Assembly: GCF_000281045.1 (NCBI RefSeq)
Contig: NW_008246072.1
Location: forward strand, 699,232-763,231
DNA from: Saprolegnia diclina VS20
Lineage: Eukaryota
Length of the DNA stretch: 64,000 nucleotides
Direction of reading: 5' to 3'
The notes under the pieces were generated by a model that was given only the letters and a program-made list of their open reading frames with translations, was not told the DNA's origin and made no database searches. Made by a program: the position numbers and the translations under genes. Shown here piece after piece: positions 12,520 through 24,275 of this stretch (the first letter of the stretch is position 1; each line of letters begins with the position of its first letter).

Positions 12520-13209
12520 ATGGCTTCAACGCTTCTCGATAGCAAAGACGAGGACGACGATGATGATGATGGCGCAGACGCTGTGTCAGATCTGGGCCGC
12601 GGCCGTTTACGTTGCAAACCATGTGCTCCCTGTGCCACGCCACGTGTGGAGGAGCTCTCGACGAGCATTCACGTCCGATGGCTCACGACGCAGTGCCTTC
12701 CGCTGGGCGACGGCCACATGCCCTTTCTAGCTGTTGCGCGCCGTCCGAGCCACGCTCGCCCGCTCGTCGCGACGGCAAGACTTGCTGCAACGGCGAGCGG
12801 CATCTCGAACGTCGTTGTGACGCTGGCGCTCGACGGCGATAACGACGACGAAGATGCCATGCTGCCCTTCGACTCGGCGGCGTTTGAGCCGCAGGTGGAT
12901 GCGATGATGCTGCAAGAGGACGCGCGGGCTGCCTACTCTGCCCAGGTCGAAGCCGACCAGTTTTGCGTCGCCTTTCAACGTATGAGGAAATATCGTCAAG
13001 CCTCGACGATCTCCAGCAGTCGCTCGATCATGAGTGGCAAGCTCTTTTGCGACTCAAACTGTGCGTTGTCAGCGGCGTCCTCTGTGAGATTGGGCGGCGG
13101 TCGCGGAGCAAGTGGAGGCCCATTCGGACTCGGGGCTCGCATCCACCGAGGACGCGCTTGGCGACAAAATTCGTTGTCTTCGCATCTTCTGGGTGCTGGA
13201 CCTCTGTGA
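12520..13209 (+). CDS. Possible hypothetical protein or gene relic
   Basis: Open frame from ATG 12520 with acidic runs; no recognisable domain; the 3' half lies in the duplicated block. Confidence 0.25.
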   Translation: MASTLLDSKDEDDDDDDGADAVSDLGRGRLRCKPCAPCATPRVEELSTSIHVRWLTTQCLPLGDGHMPFLAVARRPSHARPLVATARLAATASGISNVVVTLALDGDNDDEDAMLPFDSAAFEPQVDAMMLQEDARAAYSAQVEADQFCVAFQRMRKYRQASTISSSRSIMSGKLFCDSNCALSAASSVRLGGGRGASGGPFGLGARIHRGRAWRQNSLSSHLLGAGPL

Positions 13210-15640
13210 TGAGTCACCCCAGTCCTCATTCTAGGTCATCGTTGCCGATATCATTCTCAAGTACAGGTCGCAACTCGATGACGCCACGTTGCCCTAAAGG
13301 CCTTAAGAGTGCAGACCTCTTCGCAAGAAAGCATCATATATGTCCGCCCATTTCGTACTACGTAGTTCTAGTCTTTCCCTACAGTGATGCCGCCGCCAAG
13401 GTAGACAAGGTAGCGCCAGCATACTGTCGTGCTTGTGTGGTGGTTGGTCGGTGCAATGTCGGTGGTTCCGGATAAAGCGCTGCCCACTGCCCACAGCCTG
13501 CCAGCTCATTTTTCATCCGGATAAAGATCCCGCCGGGTGGTGGGGGCTGCTACAATATTCTCGGCAGCAAGCAAGGAATATTCCCTTGGCAACAATAGCC
13601 TGCGAAGCACATCCTTGCGACCAAAGTCACGTGTCGATGTGTACGCAGCTAGGTTGTCGTTGATACAGATTTGCGATGAGCTCCATTGTTTTTGATCTGA
13701 AGTGCCGCAAAGGACCGGATCTTACGCCTGGTAAACAACCAAGAGCCATAAATGATCATCGAGGAGGCCGATACCCTGACGAAGAGCATCTTTGGCTGCT
13801 TGACGCCAGCTCGACCTCGTGCGACTTGCAGTCTTATCAGCGTGAGACCTGCATTCTCGTCGACGATGTTGGGTGTCTTTAGCCTCGAAGATTGCAAACG
13901 TCATTTCCGAACCAGAGCCAAAGGAGAGGTAGCCATGGACCGTCCTGTCCGCGCCGTCATCATTGGCGCTGGCCAGCGCGGNNNNNNNNNNNNNNNNNNN
14001 NNNNNNNNNNNNNNNNNNNNNNNNNNNNNNNNNNNNNNNNNNNNNNNNNNNNNNNNNNNNNNNNNNNNNNNNNNNNNNNNNNNNNNNNNNNNNNNNNNNN
14101 NNNNNNNNNNNNNNNNNNNNNNNNNNNNNNNNNNNNNNNNNNNNNNNNNNNNNNNNNNNNNNNNNNNNNNNNNNNNNNNNNNNNNNNNNNNNNNNNNNNN
14201 NNNNNNNNNNNNNNNNNNNNNNNNNNNNNNNNNNNNNNNNNNNNNNNNNNNNNNNNNNNNNNNNNNNNNNNNNNNNNNNNNNNNNNNNNNNNNNNNNNNN
14301 NNNNNNNNNNNNNNNNNNNNNNNNNNNNNNNNNNNNNNNNNNNNNNNNNNNATCGCCTTTGCCGACCTCGGCTACCACATTTTGCTCGAGAAGCCCATGG
14401 CCGTGACCAAGGACGACTGCATTCGCATCCATGCAGCCGCCACGCGCAACAACGTCTTGCTGGCCGTGTGTCATGTCATGCGCTGCACGCCGTACTCGCT
14501 CAAGCTGCGCGAGCTGATTGCAAGCGGCGCGATCGGCAAGGTGGTCAACATCCAGCACATCGAGCCAGTCGGCTTTTGGCACCAGGTGTGCACACTATTG
14601 TCTATACCTGTACACGTGAACGACACGACCTAGGTGCACTCGTACGTCCGCGGCAACTGGGCAAAGCAAGCGTCGTCGACGTTCATGCTCATGGCCAAGA
14701 GCTGCCACGACATTGATTACCTACAGTTTCTCATGCAAAAAGACGTGCGCGCCGTGAGCTCGTTTGGGTCGCTCTACCACTTTCGACAGGTTGGTGGATA
14801 TGATGCACAACATTGTATCATAGAACTAGGAGAACAAACCGCCGGGTGCGACCGACCGGTGTCTGGACTGCCCAGTGGAAGCGAGCTGCGTCTACTCGGC
14901 CAAGAAGATGTATCTCGACGGTCCACCGCAAGTCGCTGCGAGCCCCGTCGAGATCGAACACTGCGACGGATCACGGTCCCACACTATCCCAAGCTCTGGC
15001 GCATGGTACGCTGGTCACCGATCCGCGGCTGTTGGGCACAACACCTGGCCACTCACGGTCCTGCACGGTACAACCTTTACTTCGCTTGGTATCAAATGGC
15101 ATTTCATCGACTATGTCTAGCGCAACCAACGGTGGCCAACATCACGCACGAGCTAGAGACCGGACGCTTTGGCCGCTGCGTCTACGCCGGTGACAACGAC
15201 GTCGTCGACAACCAAGTCGTCAACTTTCAGTTTGTCGATGGCGCAACCGCGTCCTTTAGCATGGTCGCGTTCACAGAGCAGCAGGTTCGTGTTCTTGAGT
15301 CTACCAAACCAAAGACAATATTTCCATCGATGCCTAGTGTGTCCGCACCACGCGCGTCTTTGGCACCCACGGCGAGCTCACGGGCAACGGATCGAACATC
15401 CGCCACTTCGATTTTCTCAGCCGCAAGATCACCGAGATTACGCCGGCGGGGCTGCCGTCCACATCCAAGGTCAAGGGCCACGGCGGCGCTGATTTCTTCA
15501 TGATCGAAAACTTTGTGCACGGCGTGCGCACGAATGATGCGAGCGTCCTGCTGACGGGCGCCGACGAGAGCTTGGCGTCGCATCTCATGGTGTTTGCCGC
15601 CGAAGAAGCGCGCTTGACCGATGCGGTCGTGCACATGACG
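12939..15640 (+). repeat. Direct segmental duplication, copy 1 (~2.7 kb)
   Basis: Aligns to 17168-19868 with offset ~4229; near-identical at both ends, diverged in the centre. Confidence 0.92.
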
Positions 15641-15649
15641 AGTGTGTAG
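13935..15649 (+). CDS. Gfo/Idh/MocA family NAD(P)-dependent oxidoreductase, copy 1 (multi-exon, spans a gap)
   Basis: [16 protein letters not shown]ossmann motif, [31 protein letters not shown]. Confidence 0.88.
13982..14351. other. Assembly gap
   Basis: Run of N; length is similar to the matching segment of copy 2. Confidence 1.
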
Positions 15650-15909
15650 GCAAGCCAATATTGTCTTGAATTCGTGTATTACTATCTGGTATTCTTGCAT
15701 GCGACGAGATTCGTTTTGTGCGATGTATGTGTCTCATGTCTGCTACTTGCATTAAAATGGCGTTCGATCGTGTGTGGTGTCGAGAGTAGGGGTTCGGGAT
15801 CTAGATTTGCGGTGGTCGATTGAATCCGAACACGATCTGGATTCTACTGAATCTAGATTTTCCGGATACCGGATGCACGCCGCGCCAGTCACCAATCCGG
15901 TTTGAGGCA

Positions 15910-16695
15910 ATGGCGGGCGTGGCAACGTGGTCGAGGTCGCTCGAGGTAGAGTTCATCGCGGCCATCCGCGTCGTTGCGCGCGACCCGCGGTTGATTGCGA
16001 CGAGCGGCAAGAACTTGCGCGCCACCGGCTGGAGGACCGTGCTCGCGACGCTCGGCCCACACGCGCCAACGCTGCGGGACATTGACCAACTGCGCTCCAA
16101 GTGGAAGCGCATCAAGTCCGACTACACCGACTACGGCTACCTCTTGAGCCTCGAGCAATTTGAGTCGGGCCTCACCGATCGTCGGTGGGCGGACCTAGAC
16201 GCCGAGCACAATGGTGTGGAACACTGCGAGGTTCGAAGCTGAGGTCACTTGTGCATAGGCAAGCAGCGCCTCTCGCGCTTTCGGTACGAGCCATTTGCGC
16301 ACTACGATGAGATGGTCATGGCGCTGAGCGAAATGCGCACATTCAAGGGCGGCCTTCGCACCGCCAGATCGGCCAACGCGACGACCGGCGACGACGACAG
16401 CCGCGATGACGACAGCCAGGACGACGAGGAAAGCGACGTGGGCGCCGACGATCAAGAAATCCAGTCCGAGGAGGCGCCGGGTAATGATGCCGAGACGCTT
16501 GCTGCAGCGCCGCCAAAGACCCCATCGCCAGTGAGGAAGCGCAAGCGGACTGAAGATGACGATACGAAGCGGCTGTTGAAAGACGCGGTGAATGCGCTAC
16601 AGGGCATTGAAAGGTCGCTCGAGAGACTTGCGACAGCGTACATGCAGAGGAATTCACTGCCAAGAGCCACCGCGGGCGAGGATGTCCACGTATAG
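15910..16695 (+). CDS. Myb/SANT-like DNA-binding protein (Myb_DNA-bind_3 type, Harbinger-associated class), 2 exons
   Basis: W...E..FI, GWRTV, QLRSKWKRIKSDY, W...FRYEPFAHYDEM; acidic linker, NLS-like RKRKR, C-terminal coiled coil; intron 16214-16258. Confidence 0.8.
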
Positions 16696-17067
16696 TAGCA
16701 GCTACTGGGTACTAGTCGGTACTAGAATTCGATATGGCAACAAGCGTATGGACCTGGTCTATTGTTCGAGTGAATCCTCTGCTGCAATGGGTAATCGGTG
16801 TGACCTTAGCGTAGAAGAATCGCCACGGTATATTGTGCGTCCGCATTTCGCCTACTATGTAGGTACACCGGTTTCGGAGTAGTACTCGTTGCTCAGCTCC
16901 GCCAACTTCAATTCCAGAACCGTGATCAAACCACTTTTTACCCCACTTCATTTCCCATCATCTTCTTGGCAAGCGTGGATCACGGAATGAACTGCGGTTC
17001 TCTGCGATAAACCTGCAGCGATGTTGTCGTCCTGCCTCGACAGACTCATCGTCACGCTTGCCGAAAC

Positions 17068-17167
17068 NNNNNNNNNNNNNNNNNNNNNNNNNNNNNNNNN
17101 NNNNNNNNNNNNNNNNNNNNNNNNNNNNNNNNNNNNNNNNNNNNNNNNNNNNNNNNNNNNNNNNNNN
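17068..17167. other. Assembly gap (exactly 100 N) at the duplication junction
   Basis: Run of N. Confidence 1.
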
Positions 17168-19868
17168 TGCCCAGGTCGAAGCCGACCAGTTTTGCGTCGC
17201 CTTTCAACGTATGAGGAAATATCGTCAAGCCTCGACGATCTCCAGCAGTCGCTCGATCTTGAGTGGCAAACGCTTTTGCGACTCAACCTGTGCGTTGTCA
17301 GCGGCGTCCTCTGTGAGATTGGGCGGCGGTCGCGGAGCAAGTGGAGGCCCATTCGGACTCGGGGCTCGCATCCACCGAGGACGCGCTTGGCGACAAAATT
17401 CGTTGTCTTCGCATCTTCTGGGTGCTGGACCTCTGTGATGAGTCACCCCAGTCCTCATTCTAGGTCATCGTTGCCGATATCATTCTCAAGTACAGGTCGC
17501 AACTCGATGACGCCACGTTGCCCTAAAGGCCTTAAGAGTGCAGACCTCTTCGCAAGAAAGCATCATATATGTCCGCCCATTTCGTACTACGTAGTTCTAG
17601 TCTTTCCCTACAGTGATGCCGCCGCCAAGGTAGACAAGGTAGCGCCAGCATACTGTCGTGCTTGTGTGGTGGTTGGTCGGTGCAATGTCGGTGGTTCCGG
17701 ATAAAGCGCTGCCCACAGCCTGCCAGCTCATTTTTCATCCGGATAAAGATCCCGCCGGGTGGTGGGGGCTGCTACAATATTCTCGGCAGCAAGCAAGGAA
17801 TATTCCCTTGGCAACAATAGCCTGCGAAGCACATCCTTGCGACCAAAGTCACGTGTCGATGTGTACGCAGCTAGGTTGTCGTTGATACAGATTTGGGACG
17901 AGCTCCATTGTTTTTATCTGAAGCGCCGCAAAGGACCGGATCTTACGCCTGGTAAACAACCAAGAGCCATAAATGATCATCGAGGAGGCCGATACCCTGA
18001 CGAAGAGCATCTTTGGCTGCTTGACGCCAGCTCGACCTCGTGCGACTTGCAGTCTTATCAGCGTGAGACCTGCATTCTCGTCGACGATGTTGGGTGTCTT
18101 TAGCCTCGAAGATTGCAAACGTCATTTCCGAACCAGAGCCAAAGGAGAGGTAGCCATGGACCGTCCTGTCCGCGCCGTCATCATTGGCGCTGGCCAGCGC
18201 GGCCGCGCCTACGCAGAGTACGCTCTCGAGCGCCCCGACCTCTTCCAAGGTACAACGTCGCAGGTCAGCACTGTCATTGACGCTGCCTAGTCGTCGGCGT
18301 CGCCGAGCCCGTGACGTACTGGCGCGACCACACCGCCTCAACGTACGTTTGCACTGGCATCCATACGCCATAGCCGTATCTCTGCATACAATCCGACTAG
18401 CTATGGCATTCCGTCCGATGCCGTCTTTACGACGTGGGAAGACGCGGCCGCCAAACCCAAGTTTGCCGACTGCGTCATCATTGCGACCCAAGACTCGATG
18501 CACGCTGGTCCGTTCCAGAAATGATTCAGATGGTATCTGATCGATTGACTGGTAGAGCCGGCGATCGCCTTTGCCGACCTCGGCTACCACATTTTGCTCG
18601 AGAAGCCCATGGCCGTGACCAAGGACGACTGCATTCGCATCCATGCAGCCGCCACGCGCAACAACGTCTTGCTGGCCGTGTGCCATGTCATGCGCTGCAC
18701 GCCGTACTCGCTCAAGCTGCGCGAGCTGATCGCAAGCGGCGCGATCGGCAAGGTGGTCAACATCCAGCACATCGAGCCAGTCGGCTTTTGGCACCAGGTA
18801 TGGAGAATATTGTCTATGTATGTATGAACAGTAGTACGAAACGCCGTGCTGTAGGTGCACTCTTTTGTGCGGGGTCACTGGCGCAATCAGGCCGAGGCGA
18901 CGTTCATGCTCATGGCCAAGAGCTGCCACGACATTGATTACATAAACTTTCTCATGCAAAAAGACGTGCGCGCCGTGAGCTCGTTCGGGTCGCTCTACCA
19001 CTTTCGCAAGGTTGCGACTCACTTCTTAGACTAGTTTTCTGATTTGCGTTTGTGTTTTGTAGGAAGAAAAGCCAGACGGCGCCGGGGACCGCTGTCTCGA
19101 GTGCCCCATTGAAGCGTCGTGTGTCTACTCGGCCAAGAAGATGTACCTTGGTGTGGATGACGCGCCGACGTCGTTCGAGCCGATTGAGATTGAGCAGTGC
19201 GACGGCGCACGAGCGACTGTGAAGCCGAGCAACCAGTCGTGGTACACGGGCAAAGCCAGCGCGTCGCAAGGCAACCAAGGCTGGCCTGTCAACGTCCTCC
19301 ACGGTACGACCAGACGTGTGGGTATGTCATCGTGACAGCTCTGTATAGAACACCCGACGGTGGACAACATTACGCACGAGCTCGCGACAGGACGGTACGG
19401 CCGCTGCGTCTACGAGTGCGACAACGACGTTGTCGACAACCAAGTCGTCAACTTTCAGTTTGTCGATGGCGCAACCGCTTCGTTCAGCATGGTCGCGTTC
19501 ACAGAGCAGCAGGTTCGTGTTCTTGTGTCTACCAAACCAAAGACAATATGTCCATCGATGACTAGTGTGTCCGCACCACGCGCGTCTTTGGCACCCACGG
19601 CGAGCTCACGGGCAACGGATCGAGCATCCGCCACTTCGATTTTCTCAGCCGCAAGATCACCGAGATTACGCCGGCGGGGCTGCCGTCCACATCCAAGGTC
19701 AAGGGCCACGGCGGCGCTGATTTCTTCATGATCGAAAACTTTGTGCACGGCGTGCGCACGAATGATGCGAGCGTCCTGCTGACGGGCGCCGACGAGAGCT
19801 TGGCGTCGCATCTCATGGTGTTTGCCGCCGAAGAAGCGCGCTTGACCGATGCGGTCGTGCACATGACG
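17168..19868 (+). repeat. Direct segmental duplication, copy 2
   Basis: Matches 12939-15640. Confidence 0.92.
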
Positions 19869-19871
19869 TAA
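18156..19871 (+). CDS. Gfo/Idh/MocA family oxidoreductase, copy 2 (about 8 exons)
   Basis: [66 protein letters not shown]; short GT-AG introns. Confidence 0.9.
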
Positions 19872-20145
19872 GCTTGTGCTTGGAATGTTGAGTTTTGAGT
19901 GAGCCACACGTGGTGATTGTTGCGTTTCCAGCCTCGAAGCATTCAAGTGTACACAGATAAGTGACGTCTTTTATAGCGCCAAATACCTTTGCACATTCTC
20001 GTGGAATAAGAACTATTGTGGTTTTGGAGGTTTTTGGTCAATTCACATTGCCCTTGCATGTTGGTGCTGAAACGGACGAACTCAAATCAACCAATGAACG
20101 CGCAGCATTTCGTAGCCAATGGCCAGTCTGCTTGTCTCGGACAAA

Positions 20146-21594
20146 ATGGCCCGACGACGCCATAGCCCTGCGGCCGTGAGTTCGACGCCCGACGCCATCG
20201 AGCATATTGCAGGCTTCGTCCAGCACCACTACACGATCGTGCAGCTCTTGTCTGCGCTTCCATCCTCGGCCAAAACGCCGGCGGTGACAGCCCTTGACGC
20301 CCTCCTCGTGACGCCGTCCGTGCGCGTGGCCTGGCCCGCGGTGCATATACGCTTCGCCCCCAGTGCTGCGACGCTACGCCATCTTCTTGACGTCCAAGTC
20401 ATTGGTGCGCGCGTGTCCTTGGGAGTCGACGTTGATGCAAACGGTCTCGCGTTCCTTCGTCAACTGTCGCCTGTCGTCAACCACGTCTCGGCGTCGTTTC
20501 CGCGGACCAAGGAGGCGAGTGCATTGCAGTCCATCCTAGCCGCGTGTCCGCGCCTCTACAGCGCCAATCTGCACGTCCGAACGTCGACTGCGTCCTACGA
20601 GCTGTTTGACCGTCTGCCACTCTCGGCACTGACGGAGCTCACGCTGCGCGGCGCGATGCCAGCGTCCATACTCAGCGACGTCATTGCCATGCTCGCCAAC
20701 GGACGCTGCAAGCGCTTGCACCTCTTTGAAGCTACGTTTTCCGACCTCTCGGTGGACGCTGCGGTCGCCTTGTGCGCCGCCATGGCTGCAAGCGCGAGCT
20801 TGACGGAGCTTGTGCTCGACAATGTGGCGGGCGTCGACGAGCGTTTCCTGCAGCAACGCAAGCTGCCGCCCAAGGTGCGTCATCTCCAGGTCGAGGTGTC
20901 GGCCTTCTTCCTCGATGTGTGTCAACTCGAAGGCGACTGGCGACGCGAAGCCATCGAGCACTATGCAGCAGTTCTGCCGTTCGCGAGCCGCCTCGTCGCG
21001 ATTTCAAGTTGGCTCGTCACATACATCTCGCGTGACGCACCCATGGAGTCGTTCTTGCGCCAGCTCAAGGTGCTCGAGCTGCAGTGGGACTCGCGCATGC
21101 TGGCCTCGTGGCCTCATACGCTCTTGATTGCGCTGCCGTCGCTCCAGGAGCTCCGCATGGCGTGTTGGTGCATCTCGAACGATGCGATGGGCAGAGATCT
21201 TGCGAGCGCGCTGCAGCACTGCGTCCACCTACGGTATTTGAGTCTCCATGTCGACTACAACTTTTCGACGACGTGGCTCACGCAGATCGTGTCGCGCGGA
21301 CTGACCGGATTAACGCTGCGCGTACGTCGGTGTACCGCGCCGCGCCTCGTCCAGCTCGTCAAGATACTACTCGCGAGTGCGTCCTCGTCCTTGCGCTGGG
21401 TCTCGATTGAAAAGAAGTTGTGGACCTTGGGCGAGCGTGGGACGACAACCAGGCACGTCAATGCTGCCAACGCGACGCTCGCGTACGTCGAGTGGAGCCG
21501 CACCGAAGAGCAGACACGAGCGGATGTCAGCTACTGGGACAACAAAGCCATGGGCGAGAACCGTCTCGTCGTGTTTTGTCGCACCGTCTTGTGA
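20146..21594 (+). CDS. Leucine-rich repeat (RNI-like) hypothetical protein
   Basis: Single long ORF (upstream ATG at 20119 also possible) with LTELTL, LTELVLDN, LKVLEL, LQELRM, LRYLSL motifs. Confidence 0.75.
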   Translation: MARRRHSPAAVSSTPDAIEHIAGFVQHHYTIVQLLSALPSSAKTPAVTALDALLVTPSVRVAWPAVHIRFAPSAATLRHLLDVQVIGARVSLGVDVDANGLAFLRQLSPVVNHVSASFPRTKEASALQSILAACPRLYSANLHVRTSTASYELFDRLPLSALTELTLRGAMPASILSDVIAMLANGRCKRLHLFEATFSDLSVDAAVALCAAMAASASLTELVLDNVAGVDERFLQQRKLPPKVRHLQVEVSAFFLDVCQLEGDWRREAIEHYAAVLPFASRLVAISSWLVTYISRDAPMESFLRQLKVLELQWDSRMLASWPHTLLIALPSLQELRMACWCISNDAMGRDLASALQHCVHLRYLSLHVDYNFSTTWLTQIVSRGLTGLTLRVRRCTAPRLVQLVKILLASASSSLRWVSIEKKLWTLGERGTTTRHVNAANATLAYVEWSRTEEQTRADVSYWDNKAMGENRLVVFCRTVL

Positions 21595-22379
21595 GACTCT
21601 CGTAGCAAAATGCGAGCTAAAGGCACTCGGCTCCAGACCCAACCACCGGTATTGATTTGACATTTTGCCAGCATATTGAAGACAAGTGTCTTGTCGTTGA
21701 CGAGCCTCCCTGCAATGGAGCCTCGTCCCAGTCCTGCAGGTATCTATCGCCTTGCCAAGCTTCCCACTTTGTAGCATTGTGGTAAGCTCACTGCGCGAGT
21801 CGGTGCAGAATAAAAATCTTTTCCCAGCATTTTTCTATTGGCCACGACGATCCCTTTTATAGCCAATCATGTGCGATCAATGCGATATCACACCGCCACC
21901 CGCGAGGCAGGGAGGCCCGTTCGCCCAAACAACGCGTGAAAATGAAATCGCCCATACTTGGCACAGCAATAGACAACGTTGTAGCGAGCCCGAAACACTT
22001 CGTCCCGTCGGCGTTGGCGGCGTACTGCGAGAGCTATCGATGACGCCGTTTTTGCGGCAAATGCCACATTTAGCAGGCATTGCGCGGCACCAAACACCCA
22101 GTTCAATATTCTCCATATAAATATACCGGTATGGAGCTGGTACACTCGTCGTGCTTGCCATGCCATATTTGGTACTGGCGCCACGTCGCATTTGCGCGGC
22201 AAGTTGGGCTGCGTGTTGTCAGCGCTGTGTTGGCGCGAGCAAAAAGATTTGGGCGACGGCGATTGGCTCCAATTAAACCCTGTACACCAATCCGTTTCGT
22301 CATATCCAAAGATATGTACCAATCACCAACGATAGCGTGCTCCTCGATCTTGCAGAAGTCATTTCGTGTCTTGCCGAAT

Positions 22380-22853
22380 ATGGCCCAAGTCGAGCTCCGA
22401 ACGGTCAAGCCGATCCGCGTCGCGATGTTGCGTGCGAGCCTCGACTCCTTTCATGACCAAAAAGGCGTCTGGGGCGAGCTCTTGACCTTTATCTTTGGTC
22501 AAGGCCTCGCACCGCGCGGCCCTACGATCGCAAAGTATTTTTCGATGGAGCCGATCGAATTGGCCGTGTGCTCGCCCTTGGATCCGACAGATCTCGTTGA
22601 AAGCCACGACCGCATTGTCGTCGAGGACCTTGAGGAAGCGTTCATGGCCGTCTACAAGCACATCGGCGCCATGTGCGACATCACAGTCGCATACGAAGCG
22701 CTCTTTCCGTGGCTTGCAGCCTCCGAGTACGAGCAAGCAGGCCCGAGCCGCGAAGTGTATATCAAGGTGCCGATGCGCGCCGACGTCGAGAACGGCGATT
22801 GGGACAACATCATTGTCGAAGTGCAGGTCCCCGTCAAGCGCAAGGCGACGTAA
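22380..22853 (+). CDS. GyrI-like small-molecule-binding (AraC/BmrR effector domain) protein, 157 aa, intronless
   Basis: VELRTVKPIRVA...GP.IA.Y...A.YKHIG...I..AYEALFPWL...YEQAGPSREVY...EVQVPV pattern; Inr-like TCATTT at ~22359. Confidence 0.85.
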   Translation: MAQVELRTVKPIRVAMLRASLDSFHDQKGVWGELLTFIFGQGLAPRGPTIAKYFSMEPIELAVCSPLDPTDLVESHDRIVVEDLEEAFMAVYKHIGAMCDITVAYEALFPWLAASEYEQAGPSREVYIKVPMRADVENGDWDNIIVEVQVPVKRKAT

Positions 22854-23258
22854 TAAACGATGTCACCAAATAAAGTTTCCGCGTTTGGAGTTGCTTTCCG
22901 TGCGACGACAAAAGTTTCTACCTCGAGTACGTTGGCATCTCGTAGTCTCAGTGTCGCCGGGCCCACTCGCATGTCCAGCTGGCTCCGCTCGGTATGGCTC
23001 GAGAGCAACAGGTAGCGGCGTTGGCCCTCAAGCTCGTCCGTGGCGTTGGCCCAGAGAGCCACCGCACTCTGTAGCTTTGCATGGGAAAGCTAGGCGCAGT
23101 AGGTAGGTAGTCACTTTGCTGGCAATGACAATGACCTTTGCTGCTTTGGCTCGAATGACAGAAGGGTTGGCGCCACGTAAGTAGTGTAAACAATAAATAG
23201 TGAGGAAACGTGAATAGTGTGACTCCAACATTTCCATATCCGGGTGTGGTGCAGAAAG

Positions 23259-24275
23259 ATGGACGGGAGCACGAGCGCGCTGAGCAGCGAGACGCAGGGC
23301 GGCCTCCTCGTCGTCGTCATCGACACCAACCCCGTGCATTGGATGCGCCATGTGGCAGGCCAGCCGCGCGAGTTCGGCCTCAAGCACGCGGTACCGAAGC
23401 GGCCATGGCTCGCGGCTCATGCTTCCGTGGTAGATCGAGAGCATGCTTCTGTACGTGAACGCGTACCTGCTGCTGCACCGCAACAACCGACTCGTGATCC
23501 TCGCCGCGCACACGGGCAAGAGCGTCTTCCTCTTTCCTGACCCGGAGGGCACGAACCGCAATGGCACGGCCGAGCAGTTTGCCAAGGTCAAGGAGCAGGT
23601 GTGGCGCAAACTGCTCGAGCTGAGCCAGACGCCCGTGACCGAAGGTACCTTACTTCGCGCCTATGCAATACCTCTTATGCATGCGGCTAGGCAACGCCAA
23701 CACGTCGCTCTCTGCCGGGCTCTCGCTCGCCCTTTGCTGTACGACCACACTTGTCGCTTGGCGTGATCGACGATGCATCCATCGTTCGTTGTGTAGTCAT
23801 CAACCGCGCCATGAACGAGCAGCGCGACTTGCGCCCACGCATCCTCTCGGTCCAAGCGTCGCCCGACTTTGCCGCGCAGTACATTTCGATCATGAACTGC
23901 ATCTTCTCGGCGCAGAAGAAGCACGTGCCCATCGACGCTTGCATCCTCAGCGAAGAACCCTCGTCGTTTCTCCAGCAAGCCGCGTACCTCACGGGCGGCG
24001 TCTACTTCAAGCCGCGCGACGTCGACGGACTTGTCCAGTACTTTCTCACTATCTGGCTCGCCGACACGAGCACGCGCGCGCTCCTCAAGCTTCCGAGCCA
24101 AGCCAGCGTCGACTTCCGCGCTATGTGTTTCTGCCACAAGAAGACAATCGCGACCGCGTTCGTGTGCCCAGTGTGTCTCTCGCTCTTCTGCGAGTTCCTG
24201 CCCATTTGCTCGACGTGCGGTATTCGCAGTCACATTGCGCCGCCCCGCCGCAAGCGCGTGCGTCCGACAACGTAG
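23259..24275 (+). CDS. TFB4: TFIIH subunit p34/Tfb4, 4 exons
   Basis: LLVVVIDTNP, LYVNAYL...NRLVILA, LSAGLSLALCFINR, QYISIMNCIFSAQK, FLQQAAYLTGG, VDFRAMCFCH...FVCPVCLSLFC...CSTC; introns 23391-23433, 23645-23690, 23739-23796. Confidence 0.95.

Noticed and set aside
13752..13900. IIEEADTLT Walker-B-like string upstream of the oxidoreductase
   Set aside because: Isolated motif with no Walker A or surrounding ATPase sequence.
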